Positions 6,368-14,714 of a DNA stretch of 64,000 nucleotides are shown piece by piece. How positions within the stretch are numbered: the first letter of the stretch is position 1; every line of letters starts with the position of its first letter. The notes under the pieces were generated by a model. The model did no database searches. It saw only the letters and a program-made list of their open reading frames with translations, and was not told where the DNA came from. The stretch is from a virus (lineage: Duplodnaviria > Caudoviricetes), in IMG/VR virus record IMGVR_UViG_2974638963_000001, positions 32,001 to 96,000 of that record; one strand, 5' to 3'. The position numbers were made by a program, and so were the translations under genes.

Positions 6368-6677
6368 ATTAATTAAGGTTGATTTCCCTGTACCCTGGCA
6401 GAGGTAAACTAAGCCACCACAGCTTAGAACTTCTTTGAGACGGTCTTGCGAAGAAATTAGTCACCTAGTTATTCACACTCACCGTTTCAAGGAGTAAATG
6501 TTACTAGAACTGGTATGAGGTACGCTCTTTCTCACCACTCGAGCTGCTGTAGGGACTCGAACCCTACAGAGCATAGGTTTACCCTCTAAACTGTATCTTC
6601 GCCCGTTTCGTGCTTGCCACACGCTCGTATCGGACTCTGTAATAACTCAAAGATTTCAGGAAAATCACTTAATTAAT
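6368..6677 (-). ncRNA. candidate ~310-nt structured RNA with T-arm hairpin and kissing loop
   Basis: Terminal IR 6368-6390/6657-6677; stem 6400-6410/6576-6587; CTGTAGGG TTCGAGT CCCTACAG; loop-loop complement 6435-6444/6481-6490; promoter immediately upstream; no ORF. Confidence 0.65.
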
Positions 6678-6695
6678 CTCGATTTCATAAAATAT

Positions 6696-6724
6696 ATTAT
6701 ATCAATAAATTAAGCACTTGACAA
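6696..6724 (-). promoter_or_regulatory. sigma70-type early promoter driving the 310-nt RNA
   Basis: TTGTCA-17-TATAAT. Confidence 0.8.
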
Positions 6725-6774
6725 GTAATTTTTTAAAATATTTACTAGAGAGCTAATGACTAACTATCTAGTAA

Positions 6775-6798
6775 ATATCCCCTCTTTCGAGGGGATAT
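6775..6798 (-). terminator. hairpin terminator after the membrane-protein pair
   Basis: ATATCCCCTC-TTTC-GAGGGGATAT inverted repeat. Confidence 0.55.
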
Positions 6799-6804
6799 CA
6801 TTAA

Positions 6805-7374
6805 TTACTTAGTGAACTTTATAGATTCTTGAACACGAGTTTCAAAGATACCTTGAGTTCTAGCATCAGATACGATTGCACATAACGAATCAATATCTTT
6901 CTTAGGGAATCCAGCAAAGGCTAAGAATCGACCTTTCCAGAAGTATTCTAACTGATTACGATACGTAGCACACTGCTCTAACTTACGGTTCTGAGCAATA
7001 GCGAACTCATTACGACCTGCCGTTATTTCATGTTGTATATTCAAGTACAGAGCTGAATCTAGATTCAGGTTACGTTCTTGAATCCATTGAAAAACTGCTT
7101 TGGAGCCATCTGCACCATAACGACCTTGGAAAGTTTCTTTAATTACTTCCTTTAAATCGTCTTTGTACATTTCAGGGACTTGAATGATTTCCCCAATTTT
7201 CACGGTGTAGTTACTAAGTTTATTCTCAGATTCTTTATCTAACCGAACGATGTTGTTTTCCATTCGTGTAGCTTCGTTAGATGTCGATACGTACCCTGCA
7301 AAGATACCTAAGCCACCAACGATAAGAATAGTTAAGAATGTAAGAATAGCTACTAGACCTTTGGTCAATTTCAT
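6805..7374 (-). CDS. LemA-like membrane-anchored protein
   Basis: N-terminal TM helix; C-terminal 'LYxxIQxEIxxGRNEFAIAQ...YRNQLxxFW...FAGF' resembles LemA. Confidence 0.55.
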   Translation of the reverse strand: MKLTKGLVAILTFLTILIVGGLGIFAGYVSTSNEATRMENNIVRLDKESENKLSNYTVKIGEIIQVPEMYKDDLKEVIKETFQGRYGADGSKAVFQWIQERNLNLDSALYLNIQHEITAGRNEFAIAQNRKLEQCATYRNQLEYFWKGRFLAFAGFPKKDIDSLCAIVSDARTQGIFETRVQESIKFTK

Positions 7375-8420
7375 TATAAATCCTCTTTAATACAAAAGAT
7401 AGCAAAGCCGATATTGGCGATAAAGTTTAACACAATTACAAATATCAAAGCACCAGTCGGAATATCTACTACATCATCTAGGTACTTAAATGTATCATTT
7501 GGTAATCGCTTGTAGTGCTTAACAATTAAATCATACTGGGTCTGTACTAGACTTAGATTAAACTCTGGAGAACCAAGACCAGTAGCCGCTAATTTAGTCA
7601 GCAGTAACTGATTATCTTGTCCATTCCCAAGAGTGTTCGCTCTTAGCCATTTTACCTTGTTATCGTCATCTAAACTGTATACAATAACAACATCATTCTT
7701 TTTACCACCATGCCATTTATGCATAAGTGCGTCAAAGAAGTCTTCACCAGCTTGTGTAACCACTAAAGTTATATTGAGCTGGTAAGTAGAACCATCTAAC
7801 CTCAACTTTTCATTGAGAAAGTTGTTGATATCAGGTGCATACTTACCAACAATTCTATTTATTCTGTAGTAATCATATACTCGTGGATAGTCAGGTAAAC
7901 TATCAGCGTACTTTTCTAAAGTAGCATCTTCCACAACGTACATACCTTTATCTAACCTAGTGTAATTATTAACACTAAATGTTGCTGAGTACGGCTCATT
8001 TACTACAGCGGCTGACCATCTAGGGGGCTCTTTAAGCCCACGTCGATCAACTCGACTAATTTTTGAGTAGTCAATGGTAGACTCTACGATCCAGTCTACA
8101 TCATAAGAATGCTCGTCACAATAGATTGGTATACAGGTTCTATTGCCTTTTGAGTCTGTAGAACATGTTTCGCCACATTTATATTGATGTTCACAACTAA
8201 CACGTTCAGAATATTTTTTGGTTACATAACCATTTCGTATTTCAGTATCCCATTTACCGGAGCTTGCTGCAAAAACAGCCATTCCTAGCATTAATAGAGA
8301 ACTGAATGCTGCTACCCCTAACTGAATAAGTAGCTCTTTTCTAGAGATCTTATGTCTAAAGAAAATGTTAGAGGTAGCAACTACAAACAGGGAACAGGCA
8401 AATAAGATAATGAAATACAT
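7374..8420 (-). CDS. multi-pass membrane protein with Cys-rich and TPM-like extracytoplasmic region
   Basis: 2 N-terminal and 1 C-terminal TM helices; 'WHGGKKNDVVIV' resembles the TPM motif; translationally coupled to the LemA-like gene. Confidence 0.6.
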   Translation of the reverse strand: MYFIILFACSLFVVATSNIFFRHKISRKELLIQLGVAAFSSLLMLGMAVFAASSGKWDTEIRNGYVTKKYSERVSCEHQYKCGETCSTDSKGNRTCIPIYCDEHSYDVDWIVESTIDYSKISRVDRRGLKEPPRWSAAVVNEPYSATFSVNNYTRLDKGMYVVEDATLEKYADSLPDYPRVYDYYRINRIVGKYAPDINNFLNEKLRLDGSTYQLNITLVVTQAGEDFFDALMHKWHGGKKNDVVIVYSLDDDNKVKWLRANTLGNGQDNQLLLTKLAATGLGSPEFNLSLVQTQYDLIVKHYKRLPNDTFKYLDDVVDIPTGALIFVIVLNFIANIGFAIFCIKEDL

Positions 8421-8455
8421 CTGGTTTCCTTAGATTGTAGTTGCTTTATTAAAAT

Positions 8456-8531
8456 TGGTGCACCTAGGAGGGACTCGAACCCACAACCAAGCCCTTATGA
8501 GGGGCACGCTCTACCATTAAGCTACTGGTGC
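8456..8531 (-). tRNA. tRNA-Met/Ile2(CAT)
   Basis: Anticodon arm TGCCC-CT CAT AA-GGGCT; C4-G/C5-G acceptor pairs favour Ile2 (lysidine). Confidence 0.85.
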
Positions 8532-8539
8532 GATAAAAC

Positions 8540-8920
8540 TTAACCCGCTAACGCGTATAAATCACCTGCTAACAGCTCATGGGATTCACCAGTCTGACCG
8601 TGCGTTACGCCCATGATAACAACATCTTCATCTTCGCCACCCTGTTTAACTTGTTCAGCCATAACAGTGAATACATGGATTGCGTTATCATTTAAATCGC
8701 CATTCTCGATTGCGAAGATAACATCTTCCATCATCAGAGTTGCTTCGCCATCTTCGCTTGGAACTACGATGAACCAATCTTCTAGCATACCCTCTGCGAT
8801 TGCAAAACGCATAAATTCAACAACGTCTTGTGGAGTCTCAATATTGATACCTTGATTTTCAAGCTCAGCGGTCATAACAGCAGAGATAACGCCAGCGATT
8901 TTAACAGTTACTTTAGACAT
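8540..8920 (-). CDS. hypothetical acidic protein
   Basis: ORF track; AAGGA SD; own promoter. Confidence 0.8.
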   Translation of the reverse strand: MSKVTVKIAGVISAVMTAELENQGINIETPQDVVEFMRFAIAEGMLEDWFIVVPSEDGEATLMMEDVIFAIENGDLNDNAIHVFTVMAEQVKQGGEDEDVVIMGVTHGQTGESHELLAGDLYALAG

Positions 8921-8958
8921 ATTTTATTTCCTTTTGGATTGATTAATTTATAAGATAT

Positions 8959-8987
8959 ATTATACAGAATAATTCAGTATTTGGCAA
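8959..8987 (-). promoter_or_regulatory. sigma70-type early promoter
   Basis: TTGCCA-17-TATAAT. Confidence 0.8.
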
Positions 8988-8995
8988 TTGAATTT

Positions 8996-9373
8996 TTAAT
9001 TATTAAACCCTGAGTCTACTAAATCGTATACCATATAGGCTGTTAGACTAACGCTAGTATCTTTATATGAGGATGAGAATACTACTTCATTATCAGATAC
9101 GGCGTGCACTTTTAGTAAAGTGTATAGTTGTAAAAAGAAAGTCACAGCTTCCGGAGTATAGTTGTTGTTCCTAGCAATTTCTACAGCTGATGGCATTAAC
9201 ATAGATACTGCCAGTGGTTCTCTCAATTTATATACAACTACATTATCTAATGACTCTACAAAGTCATACACAGTGGTTTCTTGTTCATCCCAGCCATATT
9301 CAGTCGCTAGTTCTTGTATAACTATATCAAAGTATTCGGGAATTGCTTCTTTTCCTGACATCAGTACCCTCAC
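8996..9373 (-). CDS. hypothetical protein
   Basis: ORF track. Confidence 0.7.
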   Translation of the reverse strand: MRVLMSGKEAIPEYFDIVIQELATEYGWDEQETTVYDFVESLDNVVVYKLREPLAVSMLMPSAVEIARNNNYTPEAVTFFLQLYTLLKVHAVSDNEVVFSSSYKDTSVSLTAYMVYDLVDSGFNN

Positions 9374-9389
9374 TAATAAATATAAAAAT

Positions 9390-9464
9390 TGGCGTCCCCT
9401 ATAGGATTCGAACCTATGTATATCGGTTTAGAAGACCGATGCCTATCCTCTAGACTAAGGGGAC
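9390..9464 (-). tRNA. tRNA-Arg(TCT)
   Basis: Anticodon arm TCGGT-CT TCT AA-ACCGA; acceptor GTCCCCT/AGGGGAC; CCA. Confidence 0.92.
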
Positions 9465-9471
9465 TTGAAAA

Positions 9472-9720
9472 TTAATCTTCAGGATCTAAATCTGTCTCTA
9501 CCATGGTGATAGTTACTTCTTCTGTGTCACCACTATCGGTTTGGCGCGAACCTTTACCCGTATCAGTAATAATCAGATTGAACAGTTCTTCGTCTGTAAG
9601 TGTGATAGCGTAGTCCGCTAGCAAAATTACTTGGATATCCCCAGGGGTTGCAAGTTCACCATCTACGATAAAGTGCTCAGGTGATTTATCTTTGCTAGTG
9701 ATATTAAATAGTAAATTCAT
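9472..9720 (-). CDS. hypothetical acidic protein
   Basis: ORF track; AAGGA SD. Confidence 0.75.
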   Translation of the reverse strand: MNLLFNITSKDKSPEHFIVDGELATPGDIQVILLADYAITLTDEELFNLIITDTGKGSRQTDSGDTEEVTITMVETDLDPED

Positions 9721-9798
9721 TTGTTGTTCCTTTTAAGTTAAAATTAGTGAGCAGTTTTGGAGATGCTCAGCTCCACGGTTTCCCAAGGTAGTAGGGAA

Positions 9799-10197
9799 TT
9801 AAGTTAATTCGATCCAATTTTCATTGGAAATGTTCTGACCGTACACACCGCCATAGAAGTAGGTATCTTCCCCAGGAAGTACGATATTACCACCGTAGTA
9901 CCCGTTATGTTCTGTACGACATTCCATATCCATGATACCGGTAGAGGTTAGTAATTTACAACCATAACGGTCTGTAACGTCACCGTATTCTGCATGGATA
10001 GAATCTAGAGTATAGTCCTCAATGCCTTGAATAACAAACGGCATTTTTACAGGTAATTCAACGTGTTGGAAGAAGCTACTAGCGCAACAATCTCCGTCTA
10101 CACGAATAATTAAATCTTCACCAGTATCTGTTACTAACTTGACAGCTAGATCATCGGATGCTAGAAATACCTGTACAATACATTTTCCGATTAACAT
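9799..10197 (-). CDS. hypothetical protein (DCC...NGYYGG phage family)
   Basis: ORF track; GAGGA SD; conserved-looking DCC and NGYYGG motifs. Confidence 0.75.
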   Translation of the reverse strand: MLIGKCIVQVFLASDDLAVKLVTDTGEDLIIRVDGDCCASSFFQHVELPVKMPFVIQGIEDYTLDSIHAEYGDVTDRYGCKLLTSTGIMDMECRTEHNGYYGGNIVLPGEDTYFYGGVYGQNISNENWIELT

Positions 10198-10221
10198 TTT
10201 ATGTTCCTCTTAAAGTTGAAT

Positions 10222-10889
10222 TGGTAATGGGTTTAGGCTTTCTTCGTCTATATACAGTACGGTTACTAGTATTGTATGCATATTAAGTAGTGCCAGCGAA
10301 TGCTTAGCTTATAAGCCTCAGTTATCCTATTCTTTAACCACCTAGATGAACTAGACAGCCCAGTGTTATAACATAAGCGAGTTCGACACACCCATTTCGG
10401 GAAATACTCTACACTTTTTCCAGATACCCATCTTAGGTATTCCACCTAGGTCGGAGGTAGCCTCTCCTTTTATCCGGTGTGCTACGAGCAAAGTAGATCC
10501 CGAAATGGGGAGTGATCAATTCCTCATTTCCAAGTTAAGTACTTGGGACTCAATAGCCTAGTTCGCGACCTAGACTACTTATTCGTTGTTTTCACACATC
10601 ATGCTCCACGGGTGGAGGAATCGAACCTCTCTAGAGCGCTATTTCCCAGAATCCCGTATCTTCGCAGTTTTTGTGTTACTTACTTATTTTAGTCACTACT
10701 CCTTGAACCACATATACCACCCAGGTATACGTGGCGGGGCAGTAACAAAGGCAGAGTTTAGTGGTAGATTTAACTTACCAACATATTCTCTCAGATCTTG
10801 TACAGTGTGCGTTAGACCTCAGCGTAGTATGCCCGCTGTGCCTCTTATTAAATCGTACTTTTAGACTTAATTGCCGTGTTCCGATTCAA
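10222..10889 (-). ncRNA. candidate ~670-nt large ornate ncRNA (GOLLD/ROOL-like in size and context)
   Basis: Non-coding gap directly downstream of a promoter; many helices (e.g. 12-bp 10391-10402/10498-10509, 10708-10734, 10554-10577), internal T-arm GAGGTTCGATTCCTC, paired ends, 3' ACCA. Confidence 0.7.
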
Positions 10890-10896
10890 TATAAAT

Positions 10897-10925
10897 ATTA
10901 TATCAAATAATAAATCAAATGGCAA
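10897..10925 (-). promoter_or_regulatory. sigma70-type early promoter driving the large ncRNA
   Basis: TTGCCA-17-TATAAT, UP element. Confidence 0.8.
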
Positions 10926-10937
10926 TTGATTTTTTAA

Positions 10938-11222
10938 TTATTTTATTTCGAACCCTGCAACTAGAGAATCTAGAGTTTCTAGAAACTTTAACGTTTCATT
11001 ACGTTCTGCATACAAGCGCTGGCGTTCTGCATCAAGTATATCAGTTATAGCCTGTAGCACCTCAGGGCGTAAATCCCCATGCCTAAACTCAGTTCCGAAT
11101 ATGTATGGACTTACTCCTACTCCGGAATTAATTTTATGGGCTGTTACTAACGCTTTGCCTACCCTATCTAGGACTCTCTCAAGAAACTCCTGGTGTAGTT
11201 GAACTTCTTTAACTGTTTTCAT
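10938..11222 (-). CDS. hypothetical protein
   Basis: ORF track. Confidence 0.75.
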   Translation of the reverse strand: MKTVKEVQLHQEFLERVLDRVGKALVTAHKINSGVGVSPYIFGTEFRHGDLRPEVLQAITDILDAERQRLYAERNETLKFLETLDSLVAGFEIK

Positions 11223-11229
11223 TAAACAC

Positions 11230-11664
11230 CTACTTAGTGATTAGTGGTAAAACTGAACGAGCTACAGAGCTAGCTAACTTACCGTCGTATTGACCTAAGC
11301 GACGTGCTTTTAGAGTAGCCATAAGCTCACCTAAGTTTTCAGCACCTGCACACTCTTTTGTGAAGAAGTCATACAGATCATCCTCAGTCATTTGTACTGG
11401 TAACATACTTGTCAAAAGTTTTACGTACAGAGGGTCAGCTTCATATACTTGACCACTTAAAGCTGCCTTAGATCTAGTATCTTCTATAGCTTTTAACTGA
11501 GATTTAGCCCAAGTAATCATTTGATCACGAGAAACAAAATCTTTGCCAAATTTGTATTCTAAGTCACTGATGGCTGTAGAAACCACTTTAACCCATGCAG
11601 TGTCTTTACGTAAACGTGCTTGAAGCATTTCAGCTCGCAGGAAGTCTAACATTGACTCTTCCAT
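11230..11664 (-). CDS. GatB/YqeY domain protein
   Basis: 'LRAEMLQARLRKD', 'LPVQMTEDDL', 'GELMATLK...GQYDGKLAS' YqeY motifs; conserved in T5-like phages. Confidence 0.85.
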   Translation of the reverse strand: MEESMLDFLRAEMLQARLRKDTAWVKVVSTAISDLEYKFGKDFVSRDQMITWAKSQLKAIEDTRSKAALSGQVYEADPLYVKLLTSMLPVQMTEDDLYDFFTKECAGAENLGELMATLKARRLGQYDGKLASSVARSVLPLITK

Positions 11665-11665
11665 T

Positions 11666-12103
11666 TTATTTTCCTTTTAGTGAATAGAAACGGTGTCCAC
11701 CAATCTTCTCAATGAAATCCAACCTAGAATGATAAGCTAAAGGTTTTCCACTATGGAAGAATAGTGCATCGGGTACTGTCTCAGTAATATTACCAAAGTG
11801 GTAAGATACCATTGCTACTGCCTTAGATCTTATCCACATTTTAGGTTCTCTAATCGGGTATTTATGTGCCGTCCAAGAGAACTGGTACTTTTGGTATATT
11901 ACTCCGCAGTGTGTCGTAGGCTTAAATACTTTACTGTCTACTCGGTTATTTGTAACCTCAGCAACAGCAAATAATCCTCTAAGCGGCTCAGCTCTAGCCT
12001 CGTAGTAAATGTTCTCAGTAAGGCAAGTAACTTGAGGATTATCAGCTAGGCTAGGGACATTAGCCATTAACATCCCTAGTGTAAATGCTAGTTCAGGAGC
12101 CAT
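11666..12103 (-). CDS. cell wall hydrolase (SleB / Hydrolase_2 family)
   Basis: 'CLTENIYYEARAE', 'VAEVTNNRV', 'YQFSW', 'IGGHRFY'. Confidence 0.92.
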   Translation of the reverse strand: MAPELAFTLGMLMANVPSLADNPQVTCLTENIYYEARAEPLRGLFAVAEVTNNRVDSKVFKPTTHCGVIYQKYQFSWTAHKYPIREPKMWIRSKAVAMVSYHFGNITETVPDALFFHSGKPLAYHSRLDFIEKIGGHRFYSLKGK

Positions 12104-12480
12104 TAAAGACCCTTTTGCTCCATCAGACGTAACGCAGCATCGTTATCAGAGGCTACTCGTCCACCTGTGGCGCGGTCTAAAATACGCAGTATCTTACGAA
12201 TACCTGCTTCACGAACCTGAGCACGTTCTACAAGACGTTCCATTTTGCGATGAATCAATTTAGGACTTACCATACGACCACCAGCGTATTTAGACGCACG
12301 ACCCGCCTCATCGCGCATACGAATCATTTTCGCATAGTTAAATACGTTTTGTGCTTGTTCCGCTGTTAAGCCGTATCCAGTCATTAATCCAGCAATACTA
12401 GAAGTGTCTACACCATCTAATTCATCATAGGTGATTAGGTCAGCTTTAGTACCTGCTAATTGAGTTTCTTGTTTAGTCAT
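12103..12480 (-). CDS. hypothetical protein
   Basis: ORF track; AAGGA SD; coupled to next gene. Confidence 0.8.
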   Translation of the reverse strand: MTKQETQLAGTKADLITYDELDGVDTSSIAGLMTGYGLTAEQAQNVFNYAKMIRMRDEAGRASKYAGGRMVSPKLIHRKMERLVERAQVREAGIRKILRILDRATGGRVASDNDAALRLMEQKGL

Positions 12481-12491
12481 TTTTGTTATCC

Positions 12492-13220
12492 TTAGTTAAT
12501 TGCGTCAGTTAAAATTGCATGGCTTAAGTGAGCTTCTGCTAATGCGTCGAATAATGCATCATGATAATTCGGTACTAGGTCAAAGTGTTCAATCAAAGAC
12601 TTAGGAAGATTTGAGAATACCCATTTAGCATATTCTTCAGCATTCTTCACTAAATACCCGTAGGTTTCTGGACTGAAACGCTGTCTTGCCAGCCATTTAA
12701 GCGTTCTTGCAGATCCCACTTCTGTAAACCTGTACACCTTATGGTCAGGAAAGTGCAGATCGAAGATACCCATGTCAAACTCTGGTCCATTTCCTAGTAC
12801 GTGAGGTTCTTTACCTAGGTGTCTACGGAAAATTTGTGATACATCTTCGAACTGCCTGCTTCCGATAAACGACATAGTGCTGCCAGTATTAAATACATCA
12901 TTAAGCACAGGACCTACCATCGCGTATAAAGGTTCTGCGTTATTCCAGGTACGCAACTGAGACTCTCGTACAGCCTGAGCTATACGTTCAGATGTAAGCC
13001 ACCAGTTCTCTGTATCTGGGTCTGAGTGAAAATTCCCACTATCAACCTGAGACATAACACCCATCTTACCAATAAATAAGTACGGAAGTTCATGCTCTGG
13101 TACTATTGCGGCAAACGCAAATGTAGTCATGATAGGAATCAGTCCTGCAAATGCTGCTTCTTTAGGTCGAGATCTGGTCTCGATATCTAGAGCAGCCACT
13201 GTTTTGGTTAGAGCTTTCAT
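12492..13220 (-). CDS. DEDDh 3'-5' exonuclease family protein
   Basis: ExoI 'LDIET', ExoII 'GNGPEFD', ExoIII 'HDALFDA'. Confidence 0.75.
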   Translation of the reverse strand: MKALTKTVAALDIETRSRPKEAAFAGLIPIMTTFAFAAIVPEHELPYLFIGKMGVMSQVDSGNFHSDPDTENWWLTSERIAQAVRESQLRTWNNAEPLYAMVGPVLNDVFNTGSTMSFIGSRQFEDVSQIFRRHLGKEPHVLGNGPEFDMGIFDLHFPDHKVYRFTEVGSARTLKWLARQRFSPETYGYLVKNAEEYAKWVFSNLPKSLIEHFDLVPNYHDALFDALAEAHLSHAILTDAIN

Positions 13221-13455
13221 GTTTGTCCTCTTGGTTAAAGAAATCTATCAAAGTCGTGCTTTGGTAGACATCCTCGTAAGGATTGTCTAATTCATAGTGG
13301 TATTGCTCGTCTAACATATCTTCATACTCAGACAAGCAATCACCCAGATTTAGTCTATCACGAACATAGTCCTTGGCGGAGCGATGTGCTCCACCTCGGT
13401 TAAAGTCATGCTTTGCGACTAGGTTTCTGGCGGCGACGGGTTTGGCGTTTCTCAT
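13162..13455 (-). CDS. hypothetical protein
   Basis: ORF track; 'NLVAKHDFNRGGAH' motif typical of T5-like small proteins. Confidence 0.65.
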   Translation of the reverse strand: MRNAKPVAARNLVAKHDFNRGGAHRSAKDYVRDRLNLGDCLSEYEDMLDEQYHYELDNPYEDVYQSTTLIDFFNQEDKHESSNQNSGCSRYRDQIST

Positions 13456-13783
13456 TGTCCTTTTCCTTTAGTGCCTTAGCACGTTTTTCTTCGTCGCGAA
13501 TACGACGTGTAGTTTCCCACACCTCTTCATGCTTCGCAAACTTAGATTCAGACACAAACAACTCTTTGTTGCCTGCTTCGTCTACAATCCAGACTTTAGC
13601 ATCTGGAAAGTTCCCCTTGCTCTTAGGCTTAGAGCGTGCAGTACCTTTAAAACCATCCTTAGACTGTACGTCATTTGGATGAGCTTTCAGGTGGCGAGCC
13701 AGACGACGCTCACGATTCTTCTGAGTCGTGATAGCCTTAGTATCAACCTTAACTTCAACTGCTTTCTTAGGTGCTTTAGCCAT
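13406..13783 (-). CDS. basic hypothetical protein
   Basis: ORF track; AAGGA SD; 'RLARHLKAHPND' motif. Confidence 0.8.
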   Translation of the reverse strand: MAKAPKKAVEVKVDTKAITTQKNRERRLARHLKAHPNDVQSKDGFKGTARSKPKSKGNFPDAKVWIVDEAGNKELFVSESKFAKHEEVWETTRRIRDEEKRAKALKEKDNEKRQTRRRQKPSRKA

Positions 13784-13820
13784 AATTTGATTTCCTTTTA
13801 TTAATTAATTTATGAGATAT

Positions 13821-13849
13821 ATTATACGTTAAATTCTAGTATTTGACAA
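13821..13849 (-). promoter_or_regulatory. sigma70-type early promoter
   Basis: TTGTCA-17-TATAAT. Confidence 0.8.
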
Positions 13850-13870
13850 GTAATTTTTTAATTTATTTAA

Positions 13871-14149
13871 TTACCGCCCAATATCCTTAGCTTGTTCTTC
13901 TGAGGCTATATACTGGTACGCACCTTTGTTGTACGCTGGGGCAGTACATAACTTCTTACGTTCTATTTCTTCTTGAGCCAAACGCTCACGTTCCTGCATT
14001 TCAGGGTCATCATAAACTGTATTTACCACCTCTGTTGGTTTAAACTCAGGTTTTCCAATCTTTACATTTGATTGTCTGCCACGAGGTGGTGAATATGTAG
14101 GCTTTCTATCAACTGCAAAAGTTGGAGGAGTATTATATGGCTTTTTCAT
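13871..14149 (-). CDS. hypothetical protein (APAYNKGAYQY family)
   Basis: ORF track; likely start MKKPY; conserved phage motif APAYNKGxYQY. Confidence 0.8.
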   Translation of the reverse strand: MKKPYNTPPTFAVDRKPTYSPPRGRQSNVKIGKPEFKPTEVVNTVYDDPEMQERERLAQEEIERKKLCTAPAYNKGAYQYIASEEQAKDIGR

Positions 14150-14179
14150 ATTTTCCTCTTTTCTCAAATTTATGAGACT

Positions 14180-14208
14180 ATTATACAGATATTTGAGATA
14201 TTTTGCAA
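14180..14208 (-). promoter_or_regulatory. sigma70-type early promoter
   Basis: TTGCAA-17-TATAAT. Confidence 0.75.
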
Positions 14209-14216
14209 ATGATTTT

Positions 14217-14714
14217 TTAGAAATTTTCCAATTCGATATCTGCGATAGCTGATTGGTTTAACGCATCTACAAATAAGTTACCCTTAGAAGTATCGTGAGC
14301 CTTAACCCACTCAATTCTAGGAGGATTAGGTAGTGCGTGGTACGCCGTGTAAATCTCTTGCCAAAGCCCAGCATTTTCTAACTTCTTATTGCCCGCTTTC
14401 TTCCAGCCACGACCTTTCCAGCCTTCCATCCATTCCATAATACCACGCTTTACTAACATAGAGTCAGTATAAATAACATCTAAGATAAGCGGTAGCGTAC
14501 GTAGAACTTTCAGTAGTTCTAGCATTGCCGTCATTTCCATAATGTTATTAGTTGTCCACTTATCATTTCCCCAACCCTTACACTCTGTGCCTAGGGGGCT
14601 AGTTAATATGTTGTCACCATTAAATACAGCCCATGCCCAACCACCAGGTCCAGGGTTTCCGTGGCAACCACCGTCGGTGTATCCCTGATATGTTGGAGTT
14701 TCCCAAGTTTTCAT
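14217..14714 (-). CDS. rnh: ribonuclease HI
   Basis: 'YTDGGCHGNPGPGGW', 'TTNNIME', 'YTDS', 'WVKAH', 'GNLFVD'. Confidence 0.96.
   Translation of the reverse strand: MKTWETPTYQGYTDGGCHGNPGPGGWAWAVFNGDNILTSPLGTECKGWGNDKWTTNNIMEMTAMLELLKVLRTLPLILDVIYTDSMLVKRGIMEWMEGWKGRGWKKAGNKKLENAGLWQEIYTAYHALPNPPRIEWVKAHDTSKGNLFVDALNQSAIADIELENF

Noticed and set aside
10586-10864. 92-aa + strand ORF
   Set aside because: Antisense to the local transcription direction, TTG start without SD, and lies within the structured RNA candidate.
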